Source of the DNA: Bdellovibrionota bacterium FG-1
Lineage (GTDB): Bacteria; Bdellovibrionota; UBA1018
Length of the DNA: 63,156 nucleotides
NCBI GenBank assembly: GCA_051382295.1
Contig: JBBCAW010000085.1
Span: 1 to 63,156, forward strand
Direction: 5' to 3'
Shown: piece after piece, positions 46,801 through 56,911 of the stretch
Layout of the letters: each line of letters begins with the position of its first letter
Position numbering within the stretch: the stretch's first letter is position 1
Made by a program: the position numbers and the translations under genes
Notes under the pieces: model-generated
Database searches by the model: none
The model's input: only the letters and a program-made list of their open reading frames with translations
Told to the model about the DNA's origin: nothing

Positions 46801-47568
46801 TCATTCCAGCGGCCTAGCCTCGGCCATCAATAAGCTTCCGATGCGGGGGAGTGCATTGCGTTCAAAGGCGTAGAACTTTTTTGCGGCCCAAGGAGACAAG
46901 CTCGCCAAAAAAGGCGCTACTACGAAAATCGTATCGAGACCGAGGACTTCGTAGCCGCAGATCTCCAAAAATTTTACAAACGCATTGGGCGTGAACTTGT
47001 TGATGTGCTGATCATGGTATTTGACTGGGCTGAGTTTTTCTAAGAGAAGTTCAATGAGGGGCCAAAAACTGCGGTAATTTGGGGTTGTAATGAGAAGTCT
47101 GCCCTGGGGCTTAAGAACCCTCCGTGCCTCCATCAGCATTTGAGCGGCTAAATGGGGGTGGATATGCTCGACTACCTCAATACTGGTAATGACGTCAAAG
47201 GATGCGTCTTCGAATGGAAGTCGACCTTGTTCAGTCGCTAGGTCAAGAGCTTGAAAGCTGACTCGAGCCTGCGGTTGACTGGCTTGAAAGAAATTTTTTG
47301 CGTAGTTAATCTGCCGGCTCGCAATATCAGCACCGATGGCTTCGATCTGGGGTTTTTCTTCGGTCAGCACATGCAAAAAAGAACCTGGACCACAGCCTAG
47401 GTCCAAGACGCGCTCGCCATCCCGAATGCGCGAAGCGACTTCACGAAATTTCTCGCGGTGCCAAAAACGCTGGGTGGGTCGTCCTTGTAGCATCGCCTCG
47501 TGATAGTACCCTGCCGGGATATCATCATAGTTGAAGACGGTTTTAGGCGTTCGATGAATGGGGAGCAT
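46801..47568 (-). CDS. class I SAM-dependent methyltransferase
   Basis: VLDLGCGPG, LPF.D.SFD, EV.EH, RVLKP.G.L.ITTPN. Confidence 0.92.
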   Translation of the reverse strand: MLPIHRTPKTVFNYDDIPAGYYHEAMLQGRPTQRFWHREKFREVASRIRDGERVLDLGCGPGSFLHVLTEEKPQIEAIGADIASRQINYAKNFFQASQPQARVSFQALDLATEQGRLPFEDASFDVITSIEVVEHIHPHLAAQMLMEARRVLKPQGRLLITTPNYRSFWPLIELLLEKLSPVKYHDQHINKFTPNAFVKFLEICGYEVLGLDTIFVVAPFLASLSPWAAKKFYAFERNALPRIGSLLMAEARPLE

Positions 47569-47595
47569 CTTAGCTTAAGTTAACAGAAGTGGGCG

Positions 47596-49065
47596 CTATT
47601 CGCCAGAATACTCCTTGGCGACGATCCCGTACTTTTGAAGTTTTCGCAGTAACGTCTTTTTTGGAATATTGGCATGTAACGCAGTCTGGTTGATGCGTCC
47701 TTTGAAGGCCAGGAGAGCGCTTACTAAAAACTGACGTTCAAAGGCCTCTTTATTCGCTTGAAAATCGAGCCGATTGATATCGAGTTTGAAGCCCTTTTCC
47801 ATTACTTGTCCAATGACCAGGGGGATTTCGAGGTCTTGCTCAAGGTCATCGTTGTCGTCGAGATCAACGGTAAGGCCACGCGCGAGTCCGCGCACAGCGG
47901 CACCGGCTACCGTTTCTGGCAGGCTGGCCGGGGTGATTTCGGTGTCGTTTTCGATGACAAACGCATGCTCGATCACGTTTTCGAGTTCTCGAATATTACC
48001 AGGCCAAGAATGGGCTTTTAGAAGAGAGATAGCCTCCGGGTTGAGTCCGGTAATTTGTTTATTATGTTGCTGGTTGAATTTATCGATAAAATATCTGGTC
48101 AGGATTTCAATGTCGTTTTTGCGATCCCGCAAAGGGGGGAGGTTGATCGGAAGAACATTGAGACGGTAAAAAAGATCCTCGCGGAATTCATTCTTTTTGA
48201 TCATTTCTTCCAAATGACGATTGGTGGCGGCGACGATGCGGACATTGACCTCCACTTCGCGATTGGAACCCACGGGCGTAAATTTCTTCTCCTGCAAGGC
48301 CCGCAATAACTTCACCTGCATGGCGGGGGAGATATCCCCGATTTCATCCAAAAATAGGGTGCCGCCGTCCGCATATTGAAATTTGCCGATTTTTCGGGAG
48401 TCCGCACCGGTAAAGGCGCCTTTTTCGTGTCCAAAAAATTCGCTCTCAATTAAATTTTCTGGAACGGCCGAGCAGTTGATCGTGACAAAACGATTGTCCT
48501 TGCGGGGGCTGTTGTAATGCAACGCCGAGGCCACGAGTTCTTTACCTGTCCCGGACTCGCCCCGAATCAAAACGGCCGTATCGACGCGCGAAAGTTTATC
48601 GATGACCGCAAAAATGCGCTTCATTTCGTTGCTCTGGCCAATGAAATCCGTACCGTTCGGAAGGCGAAACGCCGGCGCCGACAAGCTGATGTTCTTGACC
48701 ATCTGCTGGGCCTTCAAGGCCTTGTCGACCAAGTAAACGAGGTTTTCAGCCTTGATGGGTTTTTCGAGATAATTATAGGCACCTTCGCGGGTGGCTTCAA
48801 TGGCGTCACGGACATTCGAAAAGGCCGTGAGAATAATCACGATAATCGAAGGATCGTGAGCCTTGATCTCTTTCAGGGCTTCCATGCCGGTCATTCGTGG
48901 CATGTTGACGTCCAGCAAGACCAAGTCATACCGACCCGCACGGATGCGATTGACGGCCTCCTCGCCGTCCTGGGCTTGATCCACGAGATAGTGGCTTTCC
49001 GAAAGGGCCGAGGCCACTGAAAGTCTAAGATCGGCATCATCATCAACAACGAGAACTTTAAGCAT
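47596..49065 (-). CDS. sigma54-dependent response regulator (REC-AAA+-Fis)
   Basis: VVDDD, LLDVNMP, GESGTGKE, GAFTGA, FLDEIG, FREDLFYRL. Confidence 0.95.
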   Translation of the reverse strand: MLKVLVVDDDADLRLSVASALSESHYLVDQAQDGEEAVNRIRAGRYDLVLLDVNMPRMTGMEALKEIKAHDPSIIVIILTAFSNVRDAIEATREGAYNYLEKPIKAENLVYLVDKALKAQQMVKNISLSAPAFRLPNGTDFIGQSNEMKRIFAVIDKLSRVDTAVLIRGESGTGKELVASALHYNSPRKDNRFVTINCSAVPENLIESEFFGHEKGAFTGADSRKIGKFQYADGGTLFLDEIGDISPAMQVKLLRALQEKKFTPVGSNREVEVNVRIVAATNRHLEEMIKKNEFREDLFYRLNVLPINLPPLRDRKNDIEILTRYFIDKFNQQHNKQITGLNPEAISLLKAHSWPGNIRELENVIEHAFVIENDTEITPASLPETVAGAAVRGLARGLTVDLDDNDDLEQDLEIPLVIGQVMEKGFKLDINRLDFQANKEAFERQFLVSALLAFKGRINQTALHANIPKKTLLRKLQKYGIVAKEYSGE

Positions 49066-51112
49066 TTGCGTGCTCCTTTGCAACTTCTGCTACATTGACT
49101 ACTACGGGTGCTACTACATGATTGACCTGTGGACTTGCCGGAGATCCTGCCACCGGTAAAAGAATTTTGAAAGTACTGCTCTTGCCCCATTCACTTTCGA
49201 CCAGGACTTTGCCCTGGTGGGCTTCAATAAAGTATTTGGTGAGATAAAGTCCGAGTCCCGTGCCGGTCATTTGGGTGGTGGCATCGTTTTTGGCTCGGTA
49301 AAAGCGGGTAAAAAGGTTCTGTAATTCGTCCGGCGTCATGCCAATGCCTTGGTCGCACACGGAGACCTCGATCCAGTCCCCTTCTTCGCGGGATTTGATG
49401 GAAACTTGGGATCCGGTGGGCGAGTATTTGATGGCATTGTCGATGAGGTTGTTAATGACCTTTGAAATGAGACTTGCGTCGATTCGTACTGGAAACAGGG
49501 GCTCCAGCTCCAGATTGAGGGTAATTCGCCGCGCTTTGCCTTGAGCTTTAAAGCCTTCGACCGAGCGTTCGATGAGCTGGTTGAGGTCTTTCGACTCGAG
49601 GTGGAGTTGAAGGCGGTTGCTCTCAATCTTACTTAATTCCAAGATCCGGGTAATAAAATGGTTCAGTTCATCCGTGGCCTGAACGATGCTGCCGAGTGTT
49701 TCCCGATCGCGATCGATCAGCCGGTCTTGGGCCTTGCGTAACAGTACTTCGGCCAGGCCCTGAATTCGCGCCACTGGGGTTTTGAGGTCGTGGGTGATCA
49801 GGTACATGAAATTGGTTTTCATTTCTTCCACCTGAGTGAGCAGTTCGTTCTTTTGCTGATAGTCCCAGCGTTTTTTGTATTCGCGAATGAGGCGGTAAGG
49901 AACGACGAGATAATAACTGACGAAAATTCCGACCAGCGGTTGGCTTTCGCGAATCCAGAGGTTTTGCCATTGAAAGAGAATCTGGCCGGTCAGCAAAAAC
50001 CCGAGGATCAAGCTGATCGTGGCAAAGACCCCATTGAGGGGTTTGGAGTTTAAAACCCACCACAGCACAAAACTGGTGACCGCAAAGGTCATGAGCCAGT
50101 TCATCCAGCTCGGTGCACGAATGACGCCTTGATCATGAATGACCGAGTCCAGGATATTGGCGTGGACGATGATCTTAGGGCTCATGAACGACGTCTTTGA
50201 GTAGGGGGTAAAGGCAAAATCGGTCGAGTCATCTTTAGAAAGAGTGCCAATCAGGACGGTTTTTCCGCGCAGCCGGTTTTCGGCGACGCGCCCTTGTAAA
50301 ACATCGATCATGGAAACCCGCTCATAGGGGGTTCGATTGGGGTGGCGGGGGTTGAGGACCGTGGATCCGTGATAGCGAAAGAAGAAATAATCCGCGTCGA
50401 TTTCGGAAAGGTGAAAGCTTCCGGCTGGACGAAGGTCTGATTTTGGGTTTCCGCCTAAGCGACGCGCGAGTTCGACATGAAAGGAGGGTTTGTCATTGAG
50501 GTAGGTTTGAGCGCGGCGGGTAATCTTGTCTTCGGCAAACACGTTTCCGTCCTTGTGAATGACGGCAAGGGCATGGGGTAGGGTGCTCAACGGGTAAGGG
50601 GGGATGACCTCGCCAGTGACATCGTAAGGGGTTCCAAGAATGACGGGGATGCCTTTGGCTTCTAGGCGCTGGGCTGCTTCGACAAAGCGGTTGGCCCAAA
50701 CGGAATGAAGGAGTTCAGGATTGATTTGCGAAACCAAATTGAGATTGACCAGGTATCCAATCGCACTAGGTTGGAGCTTTTCGAGTTGTTCGAGGAGTTG
50801 GACGTGCCGGTTCATGGGAAGGGGTGAGAACTCATCCAACCCCTTGGTGGTCGCATCATCTAAGGTGATGATGACGATACTGGAATCGGCGGGGGCCTGG
50901 ACTCCATGGGACATCCGAAAGTCGTATAAATTGGCTTCGAGTAATGCAAAATCGAGATTCAAAAGAATCGCGGTCAGCGCAGCGGCGCCGAAAAACAAAC
51001 CAGCCCAGCTCCTTATCTGTGGGGTGAGGATAGTGCCAGAACGGCGGAGTGATTTTGCGAGAAGCAGTTTCAAGTTTTGCATAACGTCAGTGGTAGGTTG
51101 AGCAAGTCGCAT
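49058..51112 (-). CDS. CHASE2-domain sensor histidine kinase
   Basis: CHASE2-like periplasmic part plus 3 TMs, THDLKTP, NLIDNAIKY, D.G.G, GTGLGL. Confidence 0.9.
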   Translation of the reverse strand: MRLAQPTTDVMQNLKLLLAKSLRRSGTILTPQIRSWAGLFFGAAALTAILLNLDFALLEANLYDFRMSHGVQAPADSSIVIITLDDATTKGLDEFSPLPMNRHVQLLEQLEKLQPSAIGYLVNLNLVSQINPELLHSVWANRFVEAAQRLEAKGIPVILGTPYDVTGEVIPPYPLSTLPHALAVIHKDGNVFAEDKITRRAQTYLNDKPSFHVELARRLGGNPKSDLRPAGSFHLSEIDADYFFFRYHGSTVLNPRHPNRTPYERVSMIDVLQGRVAENRLRGKTVLIGTLSKDDSTDFAFTPYSKTSFMSPKIIVHANILDSVIHDQGVIRAPSWMNWLMTFAVTSFVLWWVLNSKPLNGVFATISLILGFLLTGQILFQWQNLWIRESQPLVGIFVSYYLVVPYRLIREYKKRWDYQQKNELLTQVEEMKTNFMYLITHDLKTPVARIQGLAEVLLRKAQDRLIDRDRETLGSIVQATDELNHFITRILELSKIESNRLQLHLESKDLNQLIERSVEGFKAQGKARRITLNLELEPLFPVRIDASLISKVINNLIDNAIKYSPTGSQVSIKSREEGDWIEVSVCDQGIGMTPDELQNLFTRFYRAKNDATTQMTGTGLGLYLTKYFIEAHQGKVLVESEWGKSSTFKILLPVAGSPASPQVNHVVAPVVVNVAEVAKEHANA

Positions 51113-51235
51113 ACCAGATGGTGGCGTTTTGTCACTGGGCCAAGTTGTTGAAATCGTAGTGCAATTATTATTGCCGAGGGAGGGGTACCAGGGCAGGGGT
51201 GTCTAAGGATTGGCCAGGTGGAAAGGGTTCTGGGT

Positions 51236-53617
51236 TTAAGGCGCCTCAGTCTCATGGACCGTCGCAGGCCATCCCGCCTCGCACGAAGAGTCCTGTGGCT
51301 CATGCCCCCGGATGAACTTATCGGTGAGTGTCTGGACGATGGGGCAGGAGGAACTCGCTTTTTTGCCGGTGTGCCGATCCACGGTTACGTCAACGAGGTA
51401 AGGGCTAAGTGGAAAGGTTTGAGGAGGATCGCCCGCGAGCGCGTCTTTCATGAAGTGAACCCAGATGGGGAGGGCGGAGGTGGCGCCAGTGAGGTGAAGT
51501 TTCGTCTTCTTTTTAGCGCCTTTTGCGCTCTTTCCGTTCTTTTCGTTCTTCTCGTCTTGAGCGGGTGGCGTCTGATCTTGGCCGACCCAAACCACGGTGG
51601 TGAGTTGGGGCGTGAATCCCGCAAACCAGGAATCTCGATGATCGCTCGTGGTTCCCGTTTTCCCAGCCGCAGGGCGATCAAAGCCCATGTTCAGTGCGGA
51701 CTTTGCGGTGCCTTCGGTAAATACCGTTTGCATCATATCGGTGAGGAGGTCGATCGGAGCGGGATCGATCACTTGTTTGGGGTGATAAACAAAGCGGGCA
51801 AACCCAGTACCATCTTCCTGGGTGATAGCGCGAATGACCGTGAGTTGATCTTGTTGGCCGTGGTTGGCAAGCACGGCATAAGCGCGTAAGAGCTCGACGG
51901 GCGAAAGCTCGGCCACGCCGAGAGAGAGTGAGGGAACGGCGGGCAAATCCGACTGAATCCCCGCCGCGCGCGCGGTTTCGATGACTTTATCGATCCCCAC
52001 TTCCATCCCAAGTCGCGCCGCGATCGTATTGACCGAATGAGCGAGAGCCATTCGGTAGTTGATCCAGGACATATGCTCTTTTTCGTAATTCTTGGGCGAC
52101 CATTCCTGGCGGCCATGGTCGTACTTGACCGTCCAGGAAGTGTCCTCAGCCGGGTGCGCCGGCGAATAGGGGACTCCTTGGGGGTCATTGCCCTTTTGGA
52201 ACGCGGCCAAGTAAACAAAAGGTTTAAAGGTGGAGCCGACCTGACGTTTCATATTGAGGATTCGATTGAAAGTCGATTGAGCGTAGCTTCGTCCTCCCAC
52301 CAACGCACGGATAAATCCCGTAGAGGGATCGACTGAAGCCAGGGCGCCTTCGAGGCGGTTTTCGGGAGAGAGTTTGAGATTTTTTTCGAGCTCTGCGACC
52401 CCTTGGGCAACGGCGTGCTGGGCGCTCGAATTGACGTGGAGATCAAGCGTCGTGTAAACGCGGAGGCTCGCTTGCGGGATGTCCGCTTCGGGGATTTTGT
52501 CGCCGATCTGCCGAATGAGTTCAGCTTTCACGAAGTCCGAGAAATACGGAGCTTTATTAGTTTGATTCATCGGGGGCTCCAAACGAACCGTCATTTTGCT
52601 CGCGGCATCGGCCTCAGCCTGGGCAATTTGGCCGGTTTCCACCATTTTTTTCAAGACCAACCTTTGGCGTTCAAAGGCTCGGGGGCGGTGAGCGTAGGGC
52701 GAATAAAAACCGGGGCCACGGATGAGTCCTGCCATCAAGGCGATTTCAGCCAAGTTGAGTTCCTCGAGGCGTTTACCAAAGAACAGCTCAGCTCCTTCGG
52801 CGACGCCCCGAACCTCGAGCGCGCCCACTTGGCCAAGATAAACCTCGTTGAGGTAACGTTCGAGAATTTGTTCCTTGTCAAAGGTGGCCTCAAGCAAGGG
52901 TGCAAGAATAAATTCAGGCGCTTTTTTAAAGATGTTCTTCTTTTTTCGGGCCATTAAGTTTTTGACGAGTTGAAGCGTGATCGTGCTTCCGCCCTGCGCG
53001 AATGAGCGGCTTCGAATATCCGCCCAAAGGGCTCGTAAAATGCCACGCGGATCAATTCCACCATGTTCGAGAAAGTGTTGATCTTCGACCGCGATAATGG
53101 CTTTCCATACCTGGGCGGGGATTTCCGGAAATTTAATGTAGGCGCGAATCGGTTTTTTGGCTTGGGGCCCACTCTGGGTGAGGGTGGCCACTAATTCGGG
53201 CTCCAAGTAAAGGTCGGGGACTTCGTTCCCACTGATCTCGATCGAGTGCAGAAGCGCGGTGGGGGCTGTGCTTTCGAAATGCAGCGAAATGCCTTTGCCC
53301 GCAGCATCAAGCACGGGGTGGTTATCGGGGATGAGGTACGGGGGATAATCGAGAGGATGCAAGGAAAAGCTCACCGTCTCGGAGAGTGGGCTTCCTTTGG
53401 TGAGATAACCGAGGCTGACGAGGCGCTCTTCAATGGAGCCTCGAATCTGGGATGGTGCGAGATGGAGGACATCTGAATAAATTCGGGTTGGAATAAACTG
53501 ATCTTGCTGGAGAAACGCTTTTTTGAGTTGACGATAAAGGGAGCCCACATAGAAGGCTAAAATAACGCACAGCATGACGGAAACAGTACCTGTAATGGCC
53601 TTTGTGCGCTTTGTCAT
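51236..53617 (-). CDS. mrcB: class A penicillin-binding protein (PBP1B-like)
   Basis: EDQHF..H.G.D, GGSTIT.QL.KN, GS.FKP, S.N, GKTGT. Confidence 0.9.
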   Translation of the reverse strand: MTKRTKAITGTVSVMLCVILAFYVGSLYRQLKKAFLQQDQFIPTRIYSDVLHLAPSQIRGSIEERLVSLGYLTKGSPLSETVSFSLHPLDYPPYLIPDNHPVLDAAGKGISLHFESTAPTALLHSIEISGNEVPDLYLEPELVATLTQSGPQAKKPIRAYIKFPEIPAQVWKAIIAVEDQHFLEHGGIDPRGILRALWADIRSRSFAQGGSTITLQLVKNLMARKKKNIFKKAPEFILAPLLEATFDKEQILERYLNEVYLGQVGALEVRGVAEGAELFFGKRLEELNLAEIALMAGLIRGPGFYSPYAHRPRAFERQRLVLKKMVETGQIAQAEADAASKMTVRLEPPMNQTNKAPYFSDFVKAELIRQIGDKIPEADIPQASLRVYTTLDLHVNSSAQHAVAQGVAELEKNLKLSPENRLEGALASVDPSTGFIRALVGGRSYAQSTFNRILNMKRQVGSTFKPFVYLAAFQKGNDPQGVPYSPAHPAEDTSWTVKYDHGRQEWSPKNYEKEHMSWINYRMALAHSVNTIAARLGMEVGIDKVIETARAAGIQSDLPAVPSLSLGVAELSPVELLRAYAVLANHGQQDQLTVIRAITQEDGTGFARFVYHPKQVIDPAPIDLLTDMMQTVFTEGTAKSALNMGFDRPAAGKTGTTSDHRDSWFAGFTPQLTTVVWVGQDQTPPAQDEKNEKNGKSAKGAKKKTKLHLTGATSALPIWVHFMKDALAGDPPQTFPLSPYLVDVTVDRHTGKKASSSCPIVQTLTDKFIRGHEPQDSSCEAGWPATVHETEAP

Positions 53618-53698
53618 TGTTGATTCACCGGAATTCACCTCAGTTTTAACCCTTATAGGCTTGACTGGACCAGCAGGCGTCAATAAAACCTCACTAAC

Positions 53699-55264
53699 AT
53701 GATACGCTACCAGAATACCAATTTCATCTCCTCTTGTTTTCGACTCTTAGGTCTGTTCCTCGCTTCAATAAGCATGGCGCCTGCGGCTTTTGCGTTGGAG
53801 TTGGATTGGTCGGGACAGTTTAGGGCTGAATACAACTTTGTTCATAATTACTCGCTCGATAGTTCTGACGGGGCCGGGACGTATGACGGTACTCGTGCCG
53901 GAGCGGGTGGTTACTATGTGCCGCCTGGAGGCAGTACCGACGCAAGCTTTCAAACTTTGTTTTTGAAAATTCGGCCAAAAATTATCGTGAACGATAATAT
54001 TTATATTAAATCGGAATGGTGGGTGGGTGACCCTATTTTCGGCCTTTTTGGCAACGGAGTTCCTTATTCTGCGGATCAAAAACGCTTTTATTCGAATCAA
54101 AATCGTGGTTCGACGATTACGGCTCAGCGTTTTTGGGCGGAGTTTTTGAGTGATATCGGTACGGTTCAAGTGGGACGTGCACCGCTTCACTGGGGCTTGG
54201 GGGTTGTCTGGAATAATGGAGATAACCTTTGGGATCGTTACGAATCGACCACGGATACCCTTCGTTTGATATCGAAATTTGGCGCGTTTTCATTCATGCC
54301 GAGTTTCAATCTCTATTCGGCTGGCAACTCCGTGGGAGGCGGGTGCAATTTTTTCCCAGGGCTAGGCTGTATTTCCAATGTAGGGGATGGTGGAGTTCGT
54401 GAGTACACACTGGCGTTAAAATACGAAAATCTGGATGAGGATCTCGAAGGCGGCCTGAATTTTATCAGGCGTCTCGGTGGGGCGGGGCAGGATCCTGCAG
54501 GCGGCTATCAGTCAGCGGTGAGTATGGGGTCTTTTAGTTACAATATTTGGGACCTTTACGCGCGTAAGCATATCGGAAAATTCACTTTTGGTCTTGAGGC
54601 TCCTATTACGACAGGTTCATTGGGAACATCGACTGCCACCGGTTTGGACTACGGAACTTTTGCGTTGGCTGTCGAAGCAGATTGGAAAATCAACGATGCC
54701 TGGGAGTTGCAACTCAAAACGGGCCATGCGCCGGGCCAGACCAACTCGACGGGGCCAGTGCCGACTGAGTACCGCGCTTTTTTCTTCAATCCGGCCTACC
54801 GACTGGGTATGATCATGTTTAACTATCAGTTGGCTAATTTTTCGGGCCTAAATACCTTGAATAATGCGAACGCGGCCAGCGCCAATCTCAAGTCTCCTTA
54901 TGAAAATCCCATCGTCAATGCCAACTATTTAATGATGACGGGTCTATTGCATACGGATAAATGGACGTTTGACGCGTCCTTTATCTATGCACAGGCGGAC
55001 AAAACTGCTCAGTCTGGTCAGTATTTTCAAAATATGGTCACTCGAGAAATGAGTCCGGGCGCCGCCGTCAGCGATCAAGGCTCTGGCTTAGGGGTCGAAA
55101 CGGATTTGGGCGCGATGTTTCAGTGGGATGAGTATTTCCAGTTTCGCCTAGGGGTAGGGGTTTATTTTCCTGGGAGCTTTTACAAATTTTCAAACGTCGC
55201 GGGTATCGACAATCAAACCAATATGGTTTTTGGTTCGTCAGCGCGTGTGGGAATTACGTTTTAA
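53699..55264 (+). CDS. outer-membrane beta-barrel protein
   Basis: Signal peptide, GR.P.HWGLG...N.G, beta-strand pattern, terminal Phe. Confidence 0.75.
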   Translation: MIRYQNTNFISSCFRLLGLFLASISMAPAAFALELDWSGQFRAEYNFVHNYSLDSSDGAGTYDGTRAGAGGYYVPPGGSTDASFQTLFLKIRPKIIVNDNIYIKSEWWVGDPIFGLFGNGVPYSADQKRFYSNQNRGSTITAQRFWAEFLSDIGTVQVGRAPLHWGLGVVWNNGDNLWDRYESTTDTLRLISKFGAFSFMPSFNLYSAGNSVGGGCNFFPGLGCISNVGDGGVREYTLALKYENLDEDLEGGLNFIRRLGGAGQDPAGGYQSAVSMGSFSYNIWDLYARKHIGKFTFGLEAPITTGSLGTSTATGLDYGTFALAVEADWKINDAWELQLKTGHAPGQTNSTGPVPTEYRAFFFNPAYRLGMIMFNYQLANFSGLNTLNNANAASANLKSPYENPIVNANYLMMTGLLHTDKWTFDASFIYAQADKTAQSGQYFQNMVTREMSPGAAVSDQGSGLGVETDLGAMFQWDEYFQFRLGVGVYFPGSFYKFSNVAGIDNQTNMVFGSSARVGITF

Positions 55265-56024
55265 GCCAGTCGCTGACGCGGTCAGCTTCTTCTTCGCTTA
55301 AGTTTTCGAAGGCGAGGGAAGCTTCGTAGGAGAGGGAGTCGTTCGTCGGCCCGCTGAGCTGGATACAGTTTTGAACCTTGAAAAGAGGTGGGCGAATTCC
55401 AATTTCCTCAAAGATTCGACTGCGGAGGCGAAATGGCGTTTCCAATCCTGTTAGGCAATCGAGCGAAAAGGGTAATTGGATGGTTAGGTGGGTTTCCGTA
55501 TTGCCGTGGATGCGGCATTGGATGCCGATTTCTGCCTCCATATTGAGTTCTTGCGGATTCAGGCGCTGGGCTTTAAAAAGCGGATTATCTTGGACGTGAA
55601 CCGCTCGTTTTCCGGTTCCGTGCTCCGTAAACGGATTTAGGCTATCCTCAATTTTTTCCACGAGCAGATCTTCATCCACCGGTTTGAAAAGATAATCGGT
55701 TGCGCCTACTTCCATCGCCCGTTTGAGGTGAGTGCGGTCCCGGTGGTGGCTCATCATGAGTACTGGAATTTGAAGGATGCCCAGATTTTTGCGAATCATT
55801 CGCACCAATTCAAAGCCATCCGTTGAGGGAAGGTCAGTGCCGGTAATCACGCAATCAAACTGTTCGCGCACGAGATGCCGAACGGCCTCGTGGGCATCGG
55901 TGCAAATAGTGACCTCGTACCTTGCTCGTTCCAGGGCATTACGAAGACGGTGCAACACGGGTTTTTCCGAGTCTACCGCAAGAATCCGAGGCTTTTCACT
56001 ACGAGCCGGAGAGGGCTGAGCCAT
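55254..56024 (-). CDS. atypical response regulator with PilZ-like C-terminus
   Basis: REC fold (ILAVD, GFEL, GATDYL.KP), but the phospho-Asp site reads ITGTDLP. Confidence 0.7.
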   Translation of the reverse strand: MAQPSPARSEKPRILAVDSEKPVLHRLRNALERARYEVTICTDAHEAVRHLVREQFDCVITGTDLPSTDGFELVRMIRKNLGILQIPVLMMSHHRDRTHLKRAMEVGATDYLFKPVDEDLLVEKIEDSLNPFTEHGTGKRAVHVQDNPLFKAQRLNPQELNMEAEIGIQCRIHGNTETHLTIQLPFSLDCLTGLETPFRLRSRIFEEIGIRPPLFKVQNCIQLSGPTNDSLSYEASLAFENLSEEEADRVSDWLKT

Positions 56025-56036
56025 GAATGATGATTC

Positions 56037-56783
56037 CTAATGAACAATGAACTGGTTAAAAAATACGTTTGAAACAAGGCCATCCCGGAAGATCGTTCCA
56101 ATGGGCGGACCATCGGCGTGTTTTTCTTCCTTGAACTTGGGTGTGGTGTTTGCCTCACCGTGCTCACCGCCGCCTTCGGCCGGGGGGGCGCCTTCATGAG
56201 CAGCCCCGTGTTCGTCTTTTGGAGCTGAGGAAAGGAGCTGTTTCTTGGGGGGCTCGGCGAATGGCAGTGAGGGTAGGTGGCTGGTGAGGACGTTGACGAG
56301 GTCAAGAATTTGGGTTCTTAACACATAACGACCTTGTACTGTGGTGAGCTCCTGAACAGTTTTTTGTGCCAGCATGGCGAGTAGCTTATCCATGATGACA
56401 GGCCGGATGGACTCGACGACATCCTTTTGGCCAATATCGCGAAGATCAAACGAAACGGACACCCAAGCGGTGTGAATTTGGCCTTCAGTGCGTCCTACTC
56501 GTGCAGGGTCGGGCTGTAAATTGATGGTCATGGGGCCAAAGGTAATTTGGCCCGGCACCAGGGGGCCGTCGAGTGGGTCTGCTTTGACCTTTTCCAGTCG
56601 CTTGCGTTCAAATTCTTCGGTGATGGGTGGGCGTTTAAAGATGATCTTGACGTAGTAGAGCATTCCCACCGCGCCCAGGATGACCAAAGTATTCACAACG
56701 ACAAGAATGAGCTGAAGCAACGGCCCTTTGGGCCTCGCTGGTTTGCTTTCTTCAACGGGTGCTTCAGTTTTTTCCTCTGCCAT
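56037..56783 (-). CDS. fliL: FliL-family protein
   Basis: TM, ..INL, P.I.D.....L...T..EL.T..G...LR..I...VN, V..VFF..F. Confidence 0.8.
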   Translation of the reverse strand: MAEEKTEAPVEESKPARPKGPLLQLILVVVNTLVILGAVGMLYYVKIIFKRPPITEEFERKRLEKVKADPLDGPLVPGQITFGPMTINLQPDPARVGRTEGQIHTAWVSVSFDLRDIGQKDVVESIRPVIMDKLLAMLAQKTVQELTTVQGRYVLRTQILDLVNVLTSHLPSLPFAEPPKKQLLSSAPKDEHGAAHEGAPPAEGGGEHGEANTTPKFKEEKHADGPPIGTIFRDGLVSNVFFNQFIVH

Positions 56784-56830
56784 TGCTTATAATTGTAGAG
56801 AAGGATGGGCATGAGGGAAAGGGTAGACGT

Positions 56831-56893
56831 AAAAAAGCCCCAAAAACTATTCTCAACCTGTTTCCAAGAAGAGGAGTCTTTGGGGCTTTTTTT
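56831..56893. terminator. long-stem terminator downstream of ald
   Basis: AAAAAAGCCCCAAA...TTTGGGGCTTTTTTT. Confidence 0.75.
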
Positions 56894-56911
56894 GATTGCT
56901 AGGCTCTTGAT

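Noticed and set aside
51161..51177. sigma54 promoter upstream of the CHASE2 kinase
   Set aside because: The GG-to-GC spacing is 11 nt, not the required 10.
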